Source: Mobula hypostoma (lineage: Eukaryota). Taken from it: DNA of 64,000 nt. Below the pieces are notes generated by a model. That model was not told the origin of the DNA and ran no database searches. It saw only the letters and a list, made by a program, of their open reading frames with translations. The position numbers and the translations under genes were made by a program. Positions 24,635-36,572 of this stretch are shown here, in pieces (position 1 is the first letter of the stretch; every line of letters starts with the position of its first letter). The stretch covers positions 12,400,001 to 12,464,000 of the forward strand of contig NC_086101.1 in the NCBI RefSeq assembly GCF_963921235.1, in the 5' to 3' direction.

Positions 24635-25365
24635 CCCAACAGTAACCATGAGAAGAGGGTATGCCCTGGATGATGGGGGTCTTTAATAATGGACTTTACC
24701 TTTCTGAGGCACCGCTCCTTGAAGATGTCTTGATGTCAGACAGTGATGTAACCCATCAGAATGCTCTCCACCGTCCATCTATAGAGGTTTTCGACTGTTT
24801 TAGGCGACTAACTAAATCCCTTCAAACTCCTAATCCTGCAAAAATTCTACAAAGGTATTTTATTCGGTCCAGTACATCAAGGGTAAAGCCCCCTCCCCAC
24901 AACCATTGAGCAGATCTACATGAAACGCTGTTGTAGGAAAGCAGCATCCACCATCAGTGATCCGACCAGCCAGGCCAAGCTCTTTTCTCACGGCTGCCAT
25001 CAGGTAGAAGGTACAGATGCCTCAGGACTCAACGCCACCAGGTTCAGGAACAGTTACTACCCCTCAACCATCAGGCTCTTGAACAAAAGAGGATAACTAC
25101 ACTCATCTATGAGATTTTCCCAGAACCTATTATCTTACTTAAAGGACTCTTTATCTTGTTATTTCATGCTCTCATTATTTATTGCAAAAGATAAATATAT
25201 ATGTTTGCATTTGCACAGTTTGCCGTCTTGTATGCTCCACTTGATCTCTCATTGATCCTACTTACAGTTACTATTTTATAGATTTGCTGAGTATCTCGGG
25301 GTTTCTATATGGTGTCATGTATGTATTCTGATAATAAATTTTACTTTGAACTTTGAACTTTGAAC
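24635..25365. mobile_element. Degenerate LINE (L2/Rex-like) 3' fragments
   Basis: LPSGRRYR..RT..TRFRNSYYPSTIRLLN-type C-terminal peptide at ~24990-25085, followed by a (ACTTTGA)n tail. Confidence 0.6.
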
Positions 25366-25888
25366 TCTCAACTCCACCGCACCCTCAGACAACAAATTTC
25401 CAGATTGCAACCACCCTCTGGGAGATGAAGTTCACTCTCAGGCCCCACTAACCCTCGCTCCTAAACTCCGGTTTGAACTCGACTGGCCACTGGGTAAACA
25501 ATGACCCTGTCCATGCCACCTGGGCCTCTCTCTCCCATTTATGATCACCTTTTCCTTCCCCAAGTAAAACAAATCTAATCTGACCCCGTCCCTGGATTTC
25601 TCTCAGTTGTCAGGGGACGGAGGCAAAACCCAACAGCTTGAAAATTGATTTCCTCCGAATAGAAATATCAAATACTTACATTTTTATGATGAGGGAGTTA
25701 GTGTAAAGGAGATTTTCTTACACACAGAGGTTGGTGGTTTTCCCCGGAATGAGCTGTTTGTCGTGGTGGTGGAAGCAGATCCGATGCAGTTTAAGAGCGT
25801 TTTAAATAAGAACATGAGCGGGTATGAAGAGATAGGGATCGTGTGGAGGAGAAGGGATTTAATTTAATTTGGCATAACGTTGTGTACA

Positions 25889-27012
25889 CAGACATCCCAC
25901 CTCTCCTGGAAGTTCCGGGAGTCTCCCGCTTATTGATAGTGGTTTCCTGATGCCAGGAAATTATATACAATATCCCGGAAATCGATTTTTTCGAGAGGGA
26001 GAGCGAACATCCTGATTGGTCTCTCTTCGTGCTGAGAGTGGTCCCACCACCGGGCCGCGAGGAAACGATATGATTTGGCGATATGAGTCAGCTGCACCTT
26101 CCCTCATTCCCTGTCACGCCCACTGTTGAGCTTGAACGCACGCGAGGTCATTACCCACATGTCATCCATGTCAGCGTGGGAAGAAGATCAACTCCTCGAG
26201 CTTGCAAATGACGGTGGGCTGAAAAGTTGCAATGATTTTATATGTTCATACGAGGAAAATATGCGCTGTGTGTTTAATATGCAAACATTACTTAAAATGT
26301 TATGATGCTATTGCCTTATAAGTGACTTATAATTGACTTATCACCATATTCATGGGAGGAAAGTACGCGCTGTGTGTTTAATATTAAATTTGTTAGATAA
26401 ACCTTTTTAGAAATGAAATTGAGTGTATTAGCCACTGATAAGTGATTTATAGTTGACTTATCACTTATATTCCGGTCGTGATTAACACGCACCTCCCCCC
26501 CCCCCCCCCCCCGTCGGCCGGTCCGCGGTGCAAGAAAGGTTGGGGACCCCTGCTAAGTAGACCTATCAGTTTTCTCTGTGAGCGGACTTTACAGTCGACC
26601 TCAAAAATAATGACAGTATTGCTGGCTGCACTGTTTGCAAGAGTGACTTTTCTATTGTCGATGGTGGGTTAAAATGTAAAAGACAAGTTGAGGTGAGTTT
26701 AACAGATGTCATTCGTTCATTAGCATAGCTAACATTATTTAAACTAACTGGCTAGCTGCTAAGGAGCTACTCTATTGATGTCCTACGTGATGAGGCCAAA
26801 CTCCCTGTAGACTTGCTTAAAATTGTAATAGAATAAACATGATAATATAAGGACATATATTAACGTCACACTTTCTGCATATATCCATCTTGGTTTACAG
26901 ATTAGACAAAATCACTAAAACAAAGTATTACATACACCCTTGTAGATCGACCGGGGGGGAGGGAGATATGTGGTTGAGGGGGGCGGGGTGCTATTGCAGG
27001 GTGGGATGTCTG
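25889..27012. mobile_element. Non-autonomous TIR DNA transposon
   Basis: 13-bp TIR CAGACATCCCACC / GGTGGGATGTCTG. Flanks TGTACA / TGCACA. Empty site TGTGTACAGGCATTTT at ~5411 and ~5803. Confidence 0.8.
26036..26552. mobile_element. hAT/Charlie-like MITE nested in the preceding transposon
   Basis: Right end GGTTGGGGACCCCTG; degenerate left end GAGTGGTCCCACC. Confidence 0.6.
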
Positions 27013-27269
27013 TGCACAGGCATTTTGAGCCGAAAGATCAGCTCCTGTGCGCACTCTCCCTGTGTTTAATCTCCCCTCATAAGTGAAAAGCTGACCCCCC
27101 CAGCAATTTCCTGGCTAATCTCCCCTTCACCCTTTCCAGCGCAATCCCGGTCTGCGGGGCCGGGGACGGGGTCACCTGCTCATTCACCCTGTGGGCCTCA
27201 GGGAGCTCCCTGCATTTCCTCAAGGAAAACACTGACACCGTGCGGTCGGGTTCGGCAACGACCAGTCGC

Positions 27270-27500
27270 TGCAAACCAATCGTGGCGCACATTTCCTTTT
27301 TTAGAAAACATGCAGATTAACGTCTAGGAATTATCAGTGCTAAAGCACAGAAGCTAATCAAATAAATAGATTTGTGGTATTTGTGGCAACGGTATTCTGG
27401 AAGGAGCACGTGGAATAGTAGGAAATAGATCTTTAAAAGATTTGTTCGCCTGAATATTGAGGGCTGTGGGTTAAGCATGCATACGGATGCATAAAAAAGG
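27270..27500 (+). promoter_or_regulatory. U1 promoter: CCAAT, octamer-like ATGCAGAT + SPH-like element (DSE), PSE
   Basis: CCAAT at ~27276; ATGCAGAT at 27310; TAGGAATTATCAG at ~27325 (about -190); PSE-like TTCGCCTGAATATTGAGGG at ~27445. Confidence 0.6.
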
Positions 27501-27511
27501 GATATTTATCT

Positions 27512-27936
27512 GCAAACAAGAGGAATTCTGCAGATGCTGGAAGTTCAAGCAAGGTTTCTCCACCCGTGGGAGTGGGAGGGGTCGGAGGGCGGGGAGTATA
27601 CCCCTCAACAATGAAATGATATGGTAAGCTGAACTACTGGAGTGCCACGTGGGTGGCTATAAATACGGGTATGTACTGTGCATAATGCAAACGTATGTAA
27701 AGGATGAAAAGTTATTGAATGGTTAATTGTATATATTTATTTTTGAATAAAGTATACTTTGAAATATAAAAAAAACATACATCAAAGTTGCTGGTGAACG
27801 CAGCAGGCCAAGCAGAAGGAAGACTCTTCCTTCAGTTAGTCCTGACGAAGGGTCTCGGCCTGAAACGTCGACTGCGCCTCTTCCTATAGATGCTGCTTGG
27901 CCTGCTGCGTTCACCAGCAACTTTGATGTATGTTGC
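27512..27936. mobile_element. Penelope-associated palindromic insertion at the U1 5' end, with a nested Tx1 3' end (27553-27774)
   Basis: 14-bp target duplication AGGGATATTTATCT at 27498-27511 and 27937-27950. Internal inverted repeat ACATCAAAGTTGCTGGTGAACGCAGCAGGCCAAGCA. Confidence 0.8.
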
Positions 27937-27940
27937 AGGG

Positions 27941-28005
27941 ATATTTATCTAACCGGGGAGAGACCGTGATCGTGAAGGCTGTTTTCCCAGGACGAGGCTA
28001 ACCCA
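27941..28005 (+). pseudogene. U1 snRNA 5' part (nt 1-65), degenerate
   Basis: ATATTTATCTAACCGGGGAGAGACCGTGATCGTGAAGGCTGTTTTCCCAGGACGAGGCTAACCCA aligns without gaps to 17107-17171. Confidence 0.88.
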
Positions 28006-29237
28006 CCGTTCTTCTAAGAACGTAGCGGTTCTTGCTGTGCTCGGAACGGAGAGATCTTTGTTTGGGAGAGGATCTGGCGCTGACGGCGCTGCTGAACGTG
28101 CTCTCTCTGAACAACGAAGGAAAAGGATGGCTGGTAAGACCAGCGCATGAGGAGGGAGTGTTGCAGAGACCAGCGACTCAGAGGAAAGAGCTGAGGGCTA
28201 TAACGACCAGCGCATCAATGATGCAGACCGGAGAATCCGGCGTAGCGGCGACTTCTGGAAAGTCCAGCCAATCAGAGAAGAGAGTTGCGGAGTCCATCGA
28301 ATCGGGGAAGAGAGCCGGGGAGACCGGCGAATCGGGGAAGAGAGCGGGGGAGACCGGCGAATCGGGGAAGAGAGCCGGGGAGGCCGGCGAATCGGGGAAG
28401 AGAGCCCGGGAGACCGGCGCACCGAGGAGGACGTCGAGGGAGACCAGCCCTTCCGCTCGTGGAGCTGGTATCAAGAACACTGTGCGAATGAGTGTCAAGG
28501 ATCTGAAGGATGGCAACGGCTTCAATCGGATTACCTTCATTCGTAAGGTGCTTTTCGATTGCTGCGGCTTTAAGGTAGACGATCTGTACTGCGTGCAGGA
28601 TTTCCCGAGTTACTATGATATCACCTTCCGGCGTGCCGTGGGGTGGCAGGGACTGCTCCAGTGCTTCTCCGAGAAAGGGAGCGAGGCGCCGCTGTCGCTA
28701 TTTAAAGTGCAACCTCTCTTTGCCGTGGCAACGCAGGAGTGAACAATTGCGATACAGATGTTTAATATCTATGTGCCTGTCGTCGACGTTCTCACGTTCC
28801 TCGCGTGATATGTAGAGAGCGTGGGGAGGTGTGAGGCCGTCGACGACAGTCTGGAGGTTTGGACATCTGAACGGCAGGTCAGAGTAAAGTTAAGGATGTG
28901 GGAGTGGGAGGGGTTGGGTGGGGAGGAGACCTACCTTCATCAGCGGTGTGGACAGATAATCAACATGGTGCCCAAGGAGTGGGTGGAATTGTTAATTTGG
29001 GAAAGTATTAGAGCCATCGCGTGCCTTTATTGTTGATAATTTTATTGTTAATAAGTCTTAACTGTTGACCAAGGATTGAGAGTAAATGAATGGTTTATCG
29101 TAAACGTCTTTCATTTGTAAATGAACAGAGAGTCAACGCATAATTTTATTGTTAATAACTTTGTTGAATAAGGACTCAGAGTCAACGACTGTTTTTTCAT
29201 GTAACACTTCTGAATAAAGTAGCTTTGGAAAAAAAAA
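28006..29237 (+). mobile_element. Internally deleted Tx1-clade retrotransposon inserted in U1 (5' region + ORF1 N-half fused to 3' UTR and poly(A); subfamily b)
   Basis: ORF1 peptide DLYCVQDFPSYYDITF...MFNIYVPVVDVLTFL...VWTSERQVRVKLR resembles Tx1 ORF1/ZCCHC3-like proteins and has in-frame stops. It joins the 3' UTR at ~28898. AATAAA and A-tail at 29213-29237. Flanked by duplicated U1 nt 40-65. Confidence 0.85.
28295..28420 (+). repeat. 30-bp tandem repeat (~4 copies) in Tx1 ORF1
   Basis: GAATCGGGGAAGAGAGCCGGGGAGACCGGC units encoding ESGKRAGETG. Confidence 0.9.
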
Positions 29238-29355
29238 GGTTCTCCCAGGACACCCTTTGCACTTCGGGTGTGCTGACGCCTGCGATGTCCCCAAATGCGG
29301 GATACTCGATTGCAAAATTTGTGGTAGTGGGGGACTGCGTTCGCGCTCTCCCCTG
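29238..29355 (+). pseudogene. U1 snRNA 3' part (nt 40-164, small internal deletion)
   Basis: GGTTCTCCCAGGAC...TTGCACTTCGG...AATTTGTGG...CTCTCCCCTG, followed by 3'-box-like ATTTAAAGACAGA. Confidence 0.92.
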
Positions 29356-30077
29356 ATTTTCAATTTAAAGACAGAAGGGTCTCTGGTTCAGTTTTGTGTT
29401 TTCTCCCTATGTCGCGTGAATTGACGACCGCCGGTTAATTTGGAATCTCTCGGTGCCTCTAGACAACTGCTCATCTAACCACTCGCTTACTTTACCTTAT
29501 AAGGTTACAATATTAATTCAGCCTTTCAGTTGTTCCGTTCTCTCAACCAACCAAAGAAGAATACTGTACTTATACTGTAACAAATTGCGCATCAACTTCT
29601 TATTTAGTAAGAGATGATAAGCAACGACAGAAGAAGGTGAGAAAAATAACAATAGGTGCCGGAAACAACCACTCACACCACATCTGCAGAAAAGGACAAA
29701 CACGAGAAAATCTGCAGATCCCGTGCCACATCATACAATAAATGCTGGGGGCCCTGCTGAACGGTCTCGGCGGCTGCTTACCTTATCCCATCGTTTTTTA
29801 AAATATATATATATTTAATAAAATTACTTACAATAAACCATTCAATAACTCTGAATTCATGATTCATTCTAAACAGTTTAAACATTTTAGTCAGTCACGT
29901 GGCTCTTGCTCGTTCATCTTCTACAATACAACCGTAGTTGAGGGGTATACTCCCCGCCACCCAACCCGTCCCACTCGCACGGGAGAAGAACCATTCATCG
30001 GATTTTTTCCAACTTTTAGACGCAAGGCGATGTTTCCTCCCTTGATAGCTGGATCCAGGAATCATAGTCTCAAAATA

Positions 30078-31530
30078 GATACTTGTCGAATCTTAGATTT
30101 TATTACTGGGCAACTAATATTCGATATTTAACGTTTTGGACGCAAGAGTTCGATGTCCACGATGGATGAACCTCGAGGGGCAGTCTGTACAGGGGTTTTC
30201 GCTGGCTTCCATTTTCGGAGCTGCGCTTGAATAAACAAATGATAAATCCAACAATTAAACATACAGTACGAATATGGTTTCAATTTCGTATATTTTTTGG
30301 ATTGAATAAATTGATCTTGTCAAGTTCAATGATATCTAATTTTTTCTTTCAATCATCTAGAATTGATCAAGCTTTTCTTCTATGGAAAAACAAAGGGAAT
30401 AACATGTTTTCGTGATTTATTCATGGATGATTGTTTTAAGTCTTTTGAACAGTTGTCTAATAAATATAATTTGCCCAGATCACACGTTTTCCAGATATTT
30501 ACAGGTTAGAAACTTTATGAACGCTACTTTACCTATTTTTCCGATATCGCATCAAATTGAAGTTACAGAAAAATGTTTAGGTTTAAACCCCAATTAGGAG
30601 AGATTAATAGTAATTATTTATGATTTCATTACGCAAATACGTCTAGGTACATCTGATAAAATTAAGAATGAGGGGAAAGAGAACTTCAAATATCTTTATC
30701 TACAAAGAACTGGGAGAAAATTTTTCGACTGGTTAATACTTCTTCAATGTGTGCCAAACACGCCCTGACACGAGTTAAGGTGGTTCACAGGGCACATATA
30801 TCCAAGGATAAGTTAGCTCGTTTTTAGTGCCACATAAATCCTGTTTGTGATAGATGTAATACTGAAGTAGCTTCCTTGACACATATGTTCTAGGAAAATA
30901 TTGGAAAGATATTTTTGGTACTGTGTCAGTAGTTCTGTGTGTTGATTTACAACCTCACCCTATTACTGCAATTTTTGGACTACCAGTGACAGACTCCAGT
31001 CATTTATCCTCATCAGCTTGTCGTCTAATTGCATTATGTACATTAATAGCCAGAAGATCCATTCTATTTCAATGGAAATATTCCAACCCCCCTACTACAT
31101 TTCATTGGTTTTCCCAAACGATAGCACGTTTAAACTTGGAAAAAATTGGGTGCGGTGCTATGGATCCTTCGGTTAAATTTGAAGAAACTTGGAGGCCATT
31201 TATTCAATACTTTCATATCATGTAAGCTGACCCTTTCTGAATCCTTTTTTTTAGTAATTTTTTTTCTCCATGTAAAGAGGAGCGGAGTTAATGACAAATT
31301 ATAATTTTAACCGATGAAATATGGCAGCCCAACCTTTAGCTTTTTTTCAGTTTAGGGATTTTTCTTTTTCTCTCTCTATAAAATTTTGTTTTCATGGTTA
31401 GTTACTACACATTTATTACTTAGATTCTGTGGTTGTACATGTTAACCGTTTTTAATGCAATCCCGATCTCTATGTATCATTATTGCTATGTTTATTAATT
31501 TGAAACTTAATAAAAAGATTGAAAAAGAAA
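30078..31530 (+). mobile_element. L1-clade LINE, 5'-truncated (ORF2 C-terminal region)
   Basis: LSNLRFYYWATNI, FRYLQVRNF, CDRC...LTHMF, LIARRSIL..WK, ending AATAAAAAGATTGAAAAAGAAA. Confidence 0.85.
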
Positions 31531-32722
31531 GGATTTCAGGTTATTTAAATTTCACTTAAAGATGAGGTTGATAGTTTCTTGATTAGTGAGCGTATCAAAG
31601 GTTATCGATGGAGAGAAAGCAGGGGAATGGGATTAAGAAGGAAAATAAATCAGCAATGATCGAATACCAAAACAATATCGATGGGCTGAATGGACTCATT
31701 CTGTTCCTCTGTATGAAGGTGATTTAAATCAGGAGCTCAATAACCTATTGCTTACAGATATCTCTGCAAGGTTTGACATGATTACTAGGTAAAATACCTT
31801 GTAACTGCTAAAGTTCCTTTACATCCTGATACTCTATGATACGATGTTGGTGATAAACAGAAACGTCAACAGTTGTGCGGAGAACAGCTGGGAAAAGGCC
31901 CTTCCACCCAACTCGTCCAAGCCCCACACAGCATCCTCTCGGCTAGTCCCAGTTGCCCGCAACCTGTCAATCACCTCCCCTCCATATACCTGTCCAAACA
32001 CACACCTCAAAACTCAGCCTGCTGCCAATACCAATCGTTGTTCCCAGCATATGGGATTCTCTCCCAAGGCAGCAAATTAAGCTGTTTTTCGTGTCAATGC
32101 AGGAGCTACCAGCGAAGAGTAACATCACTAGATCTGTCAACTTTTTGGACTGGTCACCTTGTTGAAGAATCAAATGCCTTCTGATAAAGTAATGTCAAAC
32201 TGCACCTGTGAGAGTGGGGAAGTGTTGACAAAAGAGATCCAGAAAGAAGGTGTGCTGGAAATTAGAAGGAAGATATCCCTGGGAAAGGGAGGATGAGGAG
32301 GAAACATTCATTGATATACAGCAATAATTTAACACCCATAAATTGTTGACTTTATGTTTTTGAAAACAAAATGGCAAGTTTTCCTTCTCTGGTGATGAAA
32401 TATAATTACACCCAATTTTAAAAAATTAAAAGATTTATTAAAAGCATGTTACAAGAAACTTAAAACTGTACAAAGTTTACATTCCAAAACAAATGACATT
32501 AAAAAAAAAATACCCCAATACAAAAAACCCGATCAAAGGAACTGAATACAACTAGTTACCAGTGTTTACAATTAGTACATCACAGCCAGATTCAGGACAT
32601 TGACATGACCCAGTGGTGTTACAGTGAAGACTATTCCCAAGTGCCAACATTAGCATCAGACCCACTGAAGTGTCCAGAGAGCTCAAACCGTGCAAGCCCC
32701 AGACAGTCACATTTACAGTCCT

Positions 32723-34645
32723 TTAATCCACCTCCTCAATAGTTGGTCCAGCAGAACTGGCATTCCCAGCCTGTGCCCTGCACGATTCCCCTGCGGCTGC
32801 TCCTTGGTACAGTTTGGCAATGATGGGATTGCAGAGTTTTTCCAGCTCTTTTTGCTTGTGCTCAAACTCCTCCTTCTCTGCCATCTGATTCTTCTCCAGC
32901 CAGGATATTGTCTGGTTGCACAGGTCAATGACTTTCCGCTTGTCCTCAGCACTGATCTTTCCGGCCATCTTCTCATCCTCCACAGAGCCCTTCATGTTGA
33001 AGGCATAGGACTCCAGGGAGTTCTTGGCTGCAATCTTCTGCCGCTGCATTTCATCCTCATTCTTGTACTTCTCTGCATCTTGCACCATCCTGTCAATTTC
33101 CTCCTTACTCAGCCTGCCCTTGTCGTTGGTGATGGTGATCTTGTTTGTTTTCCCGGTGCTCTTGTCAACAGCAGAGACGTTGAGAATGCCATTGGCGTCA
33201 ATATCGAAGGTCACCTCAATCTGGGGTACGCCACGAGGAGCGGGAGGGATGCCACTCAACTCAAACTTGCCCAGAAGGTTGTTGTCCTTGGTCATGGCTC
33301 TCTCACCTTCAAACACCTGAATAAGGACCCCAGGCTGGTTATCAGAGTAGGTGCTGAAGATTTGGGTCTGCTTGGTGGGGATCGTTGTGTTACGCTTGAT
33401 AAGGGTGGTCATGACTCCACCTGCCGTCTCCAGCCCCAGTGACAGAGCAGCAACATCCAGGAGTAGCAGATCCTGAACATTCTCCGACTTGTCGCCCATC
33501 AGAATGGCCGCCTGGACAGCTGCCCCATAGGCCACGGCCTCATCGGGGTTGATGCTCTTGTTCAGCTCCCTACCGTTGAAGAAATCTTGCAGCAGCTTCT
33601 GGATCTTGGGGATTCGGGTGGAGCCTCCGACCAGGACAATTTCATGGATCTGGGATTTGTCCAGCTTGGCATCTCTCAGGGCTTTCTCCACTGGCTCCAG
33701 AGTGCTCCTGAACAGGTCAGAGTTCAGCTCCTCAAAGCGAGCCCTGGTGATTGAGGTATAGAAATCAACTCCCTCAAACAGAGAGTCAATCTCAATACTG
33801 GCTTGGGTGCTGGAAGACAGCGTTCTCTTTGCTCTCTCACAGGCCGTCCGCAGCCTCCTCACCGCTCTCTTGTTCTGGCTGATGTCTTTCTTGTATTTCT
33901 GCTTGAACTCCTCAATGAAGTGATTGACCATGCGGTTGTCAAAGTCCTCTCCTCCCAGGTGGGTATCTCCAGCTGTTGATTTCACTTCAAAGATACCGTC
34001 ATCGATGGAGAGAATGGACACATCGAAGGTGCCACCACCCAGGTCAAAGATGAGAACATTACGCTCCCCTTTGCCTTTCTTGTCCAGACCATAGGCAATG
34101 GCAGCTGCTGTTGGCTCATTGATGACACGCAGGACATTGAGACCAGCTATCACACCAGCATCTTTAGTTGCCTGGCGTTGGGAGTCATTGAAGTAAGCAG
34201 GAACGGTGATGACAGCGTTGGTGACATTGTAGCCAAGGTAAGCCTCAGCAATTTCCTTCATCTTGGTCAGCACCATGGAGGAGATTTCCTCTGGGTAAAA
34301 GGTCTTGTTCTCCCCCTTGTACTCCACCTTCACCTTTGGCTTCCCCGCATCACTCACCACCTGGAAGGGCCAGTGCTTCATGTCGGAATGTACCGTCGGG
34401 TCATCAAACCTCCTCCCGATGAGCCGCTTGGCATCAAAGATGGTGTTGGCGGGGTTCATTGCCACCTGGTTCTTGGCTGCATCACCGATGAGCCTCTCGG
34501 TGTCGTTGAAGGCCACATAGCTGGGGGTGGTGCGGTTGCCCTGGTCATTGGCGATGATCTCCACTTTGCCATGCTGGAAGACCCCCACACAGGAGTAGGT
34601 GGTGCCCAGGTCGATACCGATGGCTGTCCCCGTTGATGCAGACAT
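32723..34645 (-). CDS. hsp70: Heat shock 70 kDa protein, inducible, intronless (copy B, 640 aa)
   Basis: All three HSP70 signatures intact; EEVD C-terminus; AATAAA at 32434-32439 (-). Confidence 0.98.
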   Translation of the reverse strand: MSASTGTAIGIDLGTTYSCVGVFQHGKVEIIANDQGNRTTPSYVAFNDTERLIGDAAKNQVAMNPANTIFDAKRLIGRRFDDPTVHSDMKHWPFQVVSDAGKPKVKVEYKGENKTFYPEEISSMVLTKMKEIAEAYLGYNVTNAVITVPAYFNDSQRQATKDAGVIAGLNVLRVINEPTAAAIAYGLDKKGKGERNVLIFDLGGGTFDVSILSIDDGIFEVKSTAGDTHLGGEDFDNRMVNHFIEEFKQKYKKDISQNKRAVRRLRTACERAKRTLSSSTQASIEIDSLFEGVDFYTSITRARFEELNSDLFRSTLEPVEKALRDAKLDKSQIHEIVLVGGSTRIPKIQKLLQDFFNGRELNKSINPDEAVAYGAAVQAAILMGDKSENVQDLLLLDVAALSLGLETAGGVMTTLIKRNTTIPTKQTQIFSTYSDNQPGVLIQVFEGERAMTKDNNLLGKFELSGIPPAPRGVPQIEVTFDIDANGILNVSAVDKSTGKTNKITITNDKGRLSKEEIDRMVQDAEKYKNEDEMQRQKIAAKNSLESYAFNMKGSVEDEKMAGKISAEDKRKVIDLCNQTISWLEKNQMAEKEEFEHKQKELEKLCNPIIAKLYQGAAAGESCRAQAGNASSAGPTIEEVD

Positions 34646-34747
34646 CTGTGTTTCTGACGAAAGCTCCGACGTTCTGTATTGAAATACCGGAAGGAATTCC
34701 TTGCTTCTCCAAGCCGATCGTTACTGCCTGGTCCGCTGCTTCGTCCC

Positions 34748-34920
34748 TTAATATAGTCCCAGCGCAGCGGTGTGGGCGGTGTTTTGTTCTTGAGGGACGA
34801 CCCGTAAACCAATGAAAACGCCGGCGAGTGACTCACGGCCGAAGGTTGGAGAAGGTTCTGAGACGGCGGCCAATCACAGCGCTGCTAGTCGGAGACGTGC
34901 CGGGACTTCGCGAAAATTCT
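34748..34920 (-). promoter_or_regulatory. HSP70-B promoter (TATA, CCAAT, AP-1, HSEs)
   Basis: TATATTAA (-) at 34748-34755; HSE cTTCg cGAAa aTTCt at 34906-34920; aGAAg gTTCt at ~34850. Confidence 0.88.
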
Positions 34921-36088
34921 GGTAATAGCGAGAAAGATCTGGAGCAGTCAGGGAGGTTCCGGCTGAAAACCAAGTCATTCGGGAACCCTTTGAAACACTT
35001 CTTAAACTATACGAAACCAGCAATTTCTTCCAAAAGTTCCCTACACGCAAGAAAAAATCTGAAGCACCTTCTGGGGAGAGAATTCTTTGGCCTTAAGGGA
35101 CGAAGCCAGCAAACAAGGAACGACAGCTCTGGTTAATACCTGCAGGACGAAATTAGTAACAGAATACTTAGAGGAAGTGTAGAACTGAAAGTCAGAGTTT
35201 GTGACATTTAATTTTGACAAAAGGACTTTTGCGGTGTTTGTGACCAGAAGAGGACTTGACACGAAGTTTAAAAAAATTATTAGATTGACAGAAGTGATGG
35301 TGAAGTTTCCGCGAGAAGTTTTTTTTTGATTTGCGTTTTAAACATACAGGGTTTAAATGTCATAAATAATCTTTTTACAGCCCCCGTATAGTACATTGCA
35401 AGGAGAAGGTGATAGAAGCAAATTAAAATAAATTATCCGTAACGCAGCGATGTCAGTATAATCAAATCCTCCCAGACTCTGCACCAGATCTACCTCGCCA
35501 CTTCCAGAACTTTCGCAAGTCCCTGCGGCTCCCAGCGCTAATACCCATGTAGTGTCGGTGTATGGTGTGGGGATAATATTGTTGTTCAGATTTATGTAAC
35601 GACAATTTACGATGGAAGCATTTATTTTATTTGTTAATGGGATTGAAATTTACCCGATGACTTTTTAGTGACTTGCTGTTGAGGTTGACAGCGCTGAACT
35701 CCACCTCACCTCTGACCGGGAGCCTTTTTCTTTCTTTAGCCGTGGATTGGCCAGAATACAGCATGACATTGTACGATTGAGTGGCGATCTTAGATATTTG
35801 GCGACAGTGCGGAAAGTAATTAATGAAGGTAAAATCAGCATGTATATTTATGAATGGTGTAAAAAGCAGAACAGCATCAATTTTATTTTATATCTGTGGG
35901 GTTGGCAAGCTTTCGAGTCTAATTTGGCTCAATGGTGAGACGTAGTCTTGCAGGATACAGGAGACTTGTGGAGGTTGCGGATAATATCCGGTATTATTAG
36001 CGCGTTGACTTGCTGTTGGAGGTTCCCTTGGCCCGAAAGTGCAAGGGGCTAGAATGTACAGCTCAGGATTGGGTTAGTCTCAGGCGTA

Positions 36089-36572
36089 CACTCCGTGGCC
36101 ACTTTACCAGGTACAGCTGTACAGCTGCTGGTTAATGCAAACAACTAAACAGCCAATCATGTAGCAGCAGCTCAGCACATAGCAGCACGCAGACATGGTC
36201 AAGAAGGTTCATTTGTTGTTCAGACCAAACATCAGAATGGGTAAGAAATGTGATTTGTGGAATGACTTGGTGCCAGACAGGGTGGTTTGAGTATCTGAAA
36301 AACTACTGATCTCTGGTATTTTTGTTCACAACATTCGCTAAAGTTTACAGAGAATGGAGTGTAAAACAAAAACCATGCAGTGAGCAAAAATGCCTTGTTA
36401 TTGAGAGTGGTCAGACTGGTTCTGGACGACAGGAAGGTGACAGTAACTCAAGTAACCACGTGGTACAACAGTGGTGTGCAGAAGAGCGTCTGAATGAACA
36501 GCATGGAGAACATTGAAATGGACCTGCTAGAGCACATGTGTAGGATGTACCTAATAAAGAGGCCACTGAGTG
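36089..36572. mobile_element. Complete Tc1/mariner-like MITE
   Basis: TA flanks on both sides; TIRs CACTCCGTGGCCACTTTACCAGGTACA / TGTACCTAATAAAGAGGCCACTGAGTG. Confidence 0.8.

Noticed and set aside
28032-28742. 236-aa ZCCHC3-like ORF as a host gene
   Set aside because: No ATG start, in-frame stops right after it, no zinc knuckles, and it lies within a poly(A)-tailed TSD-flanked insert. It is retrotransposon ORF1.
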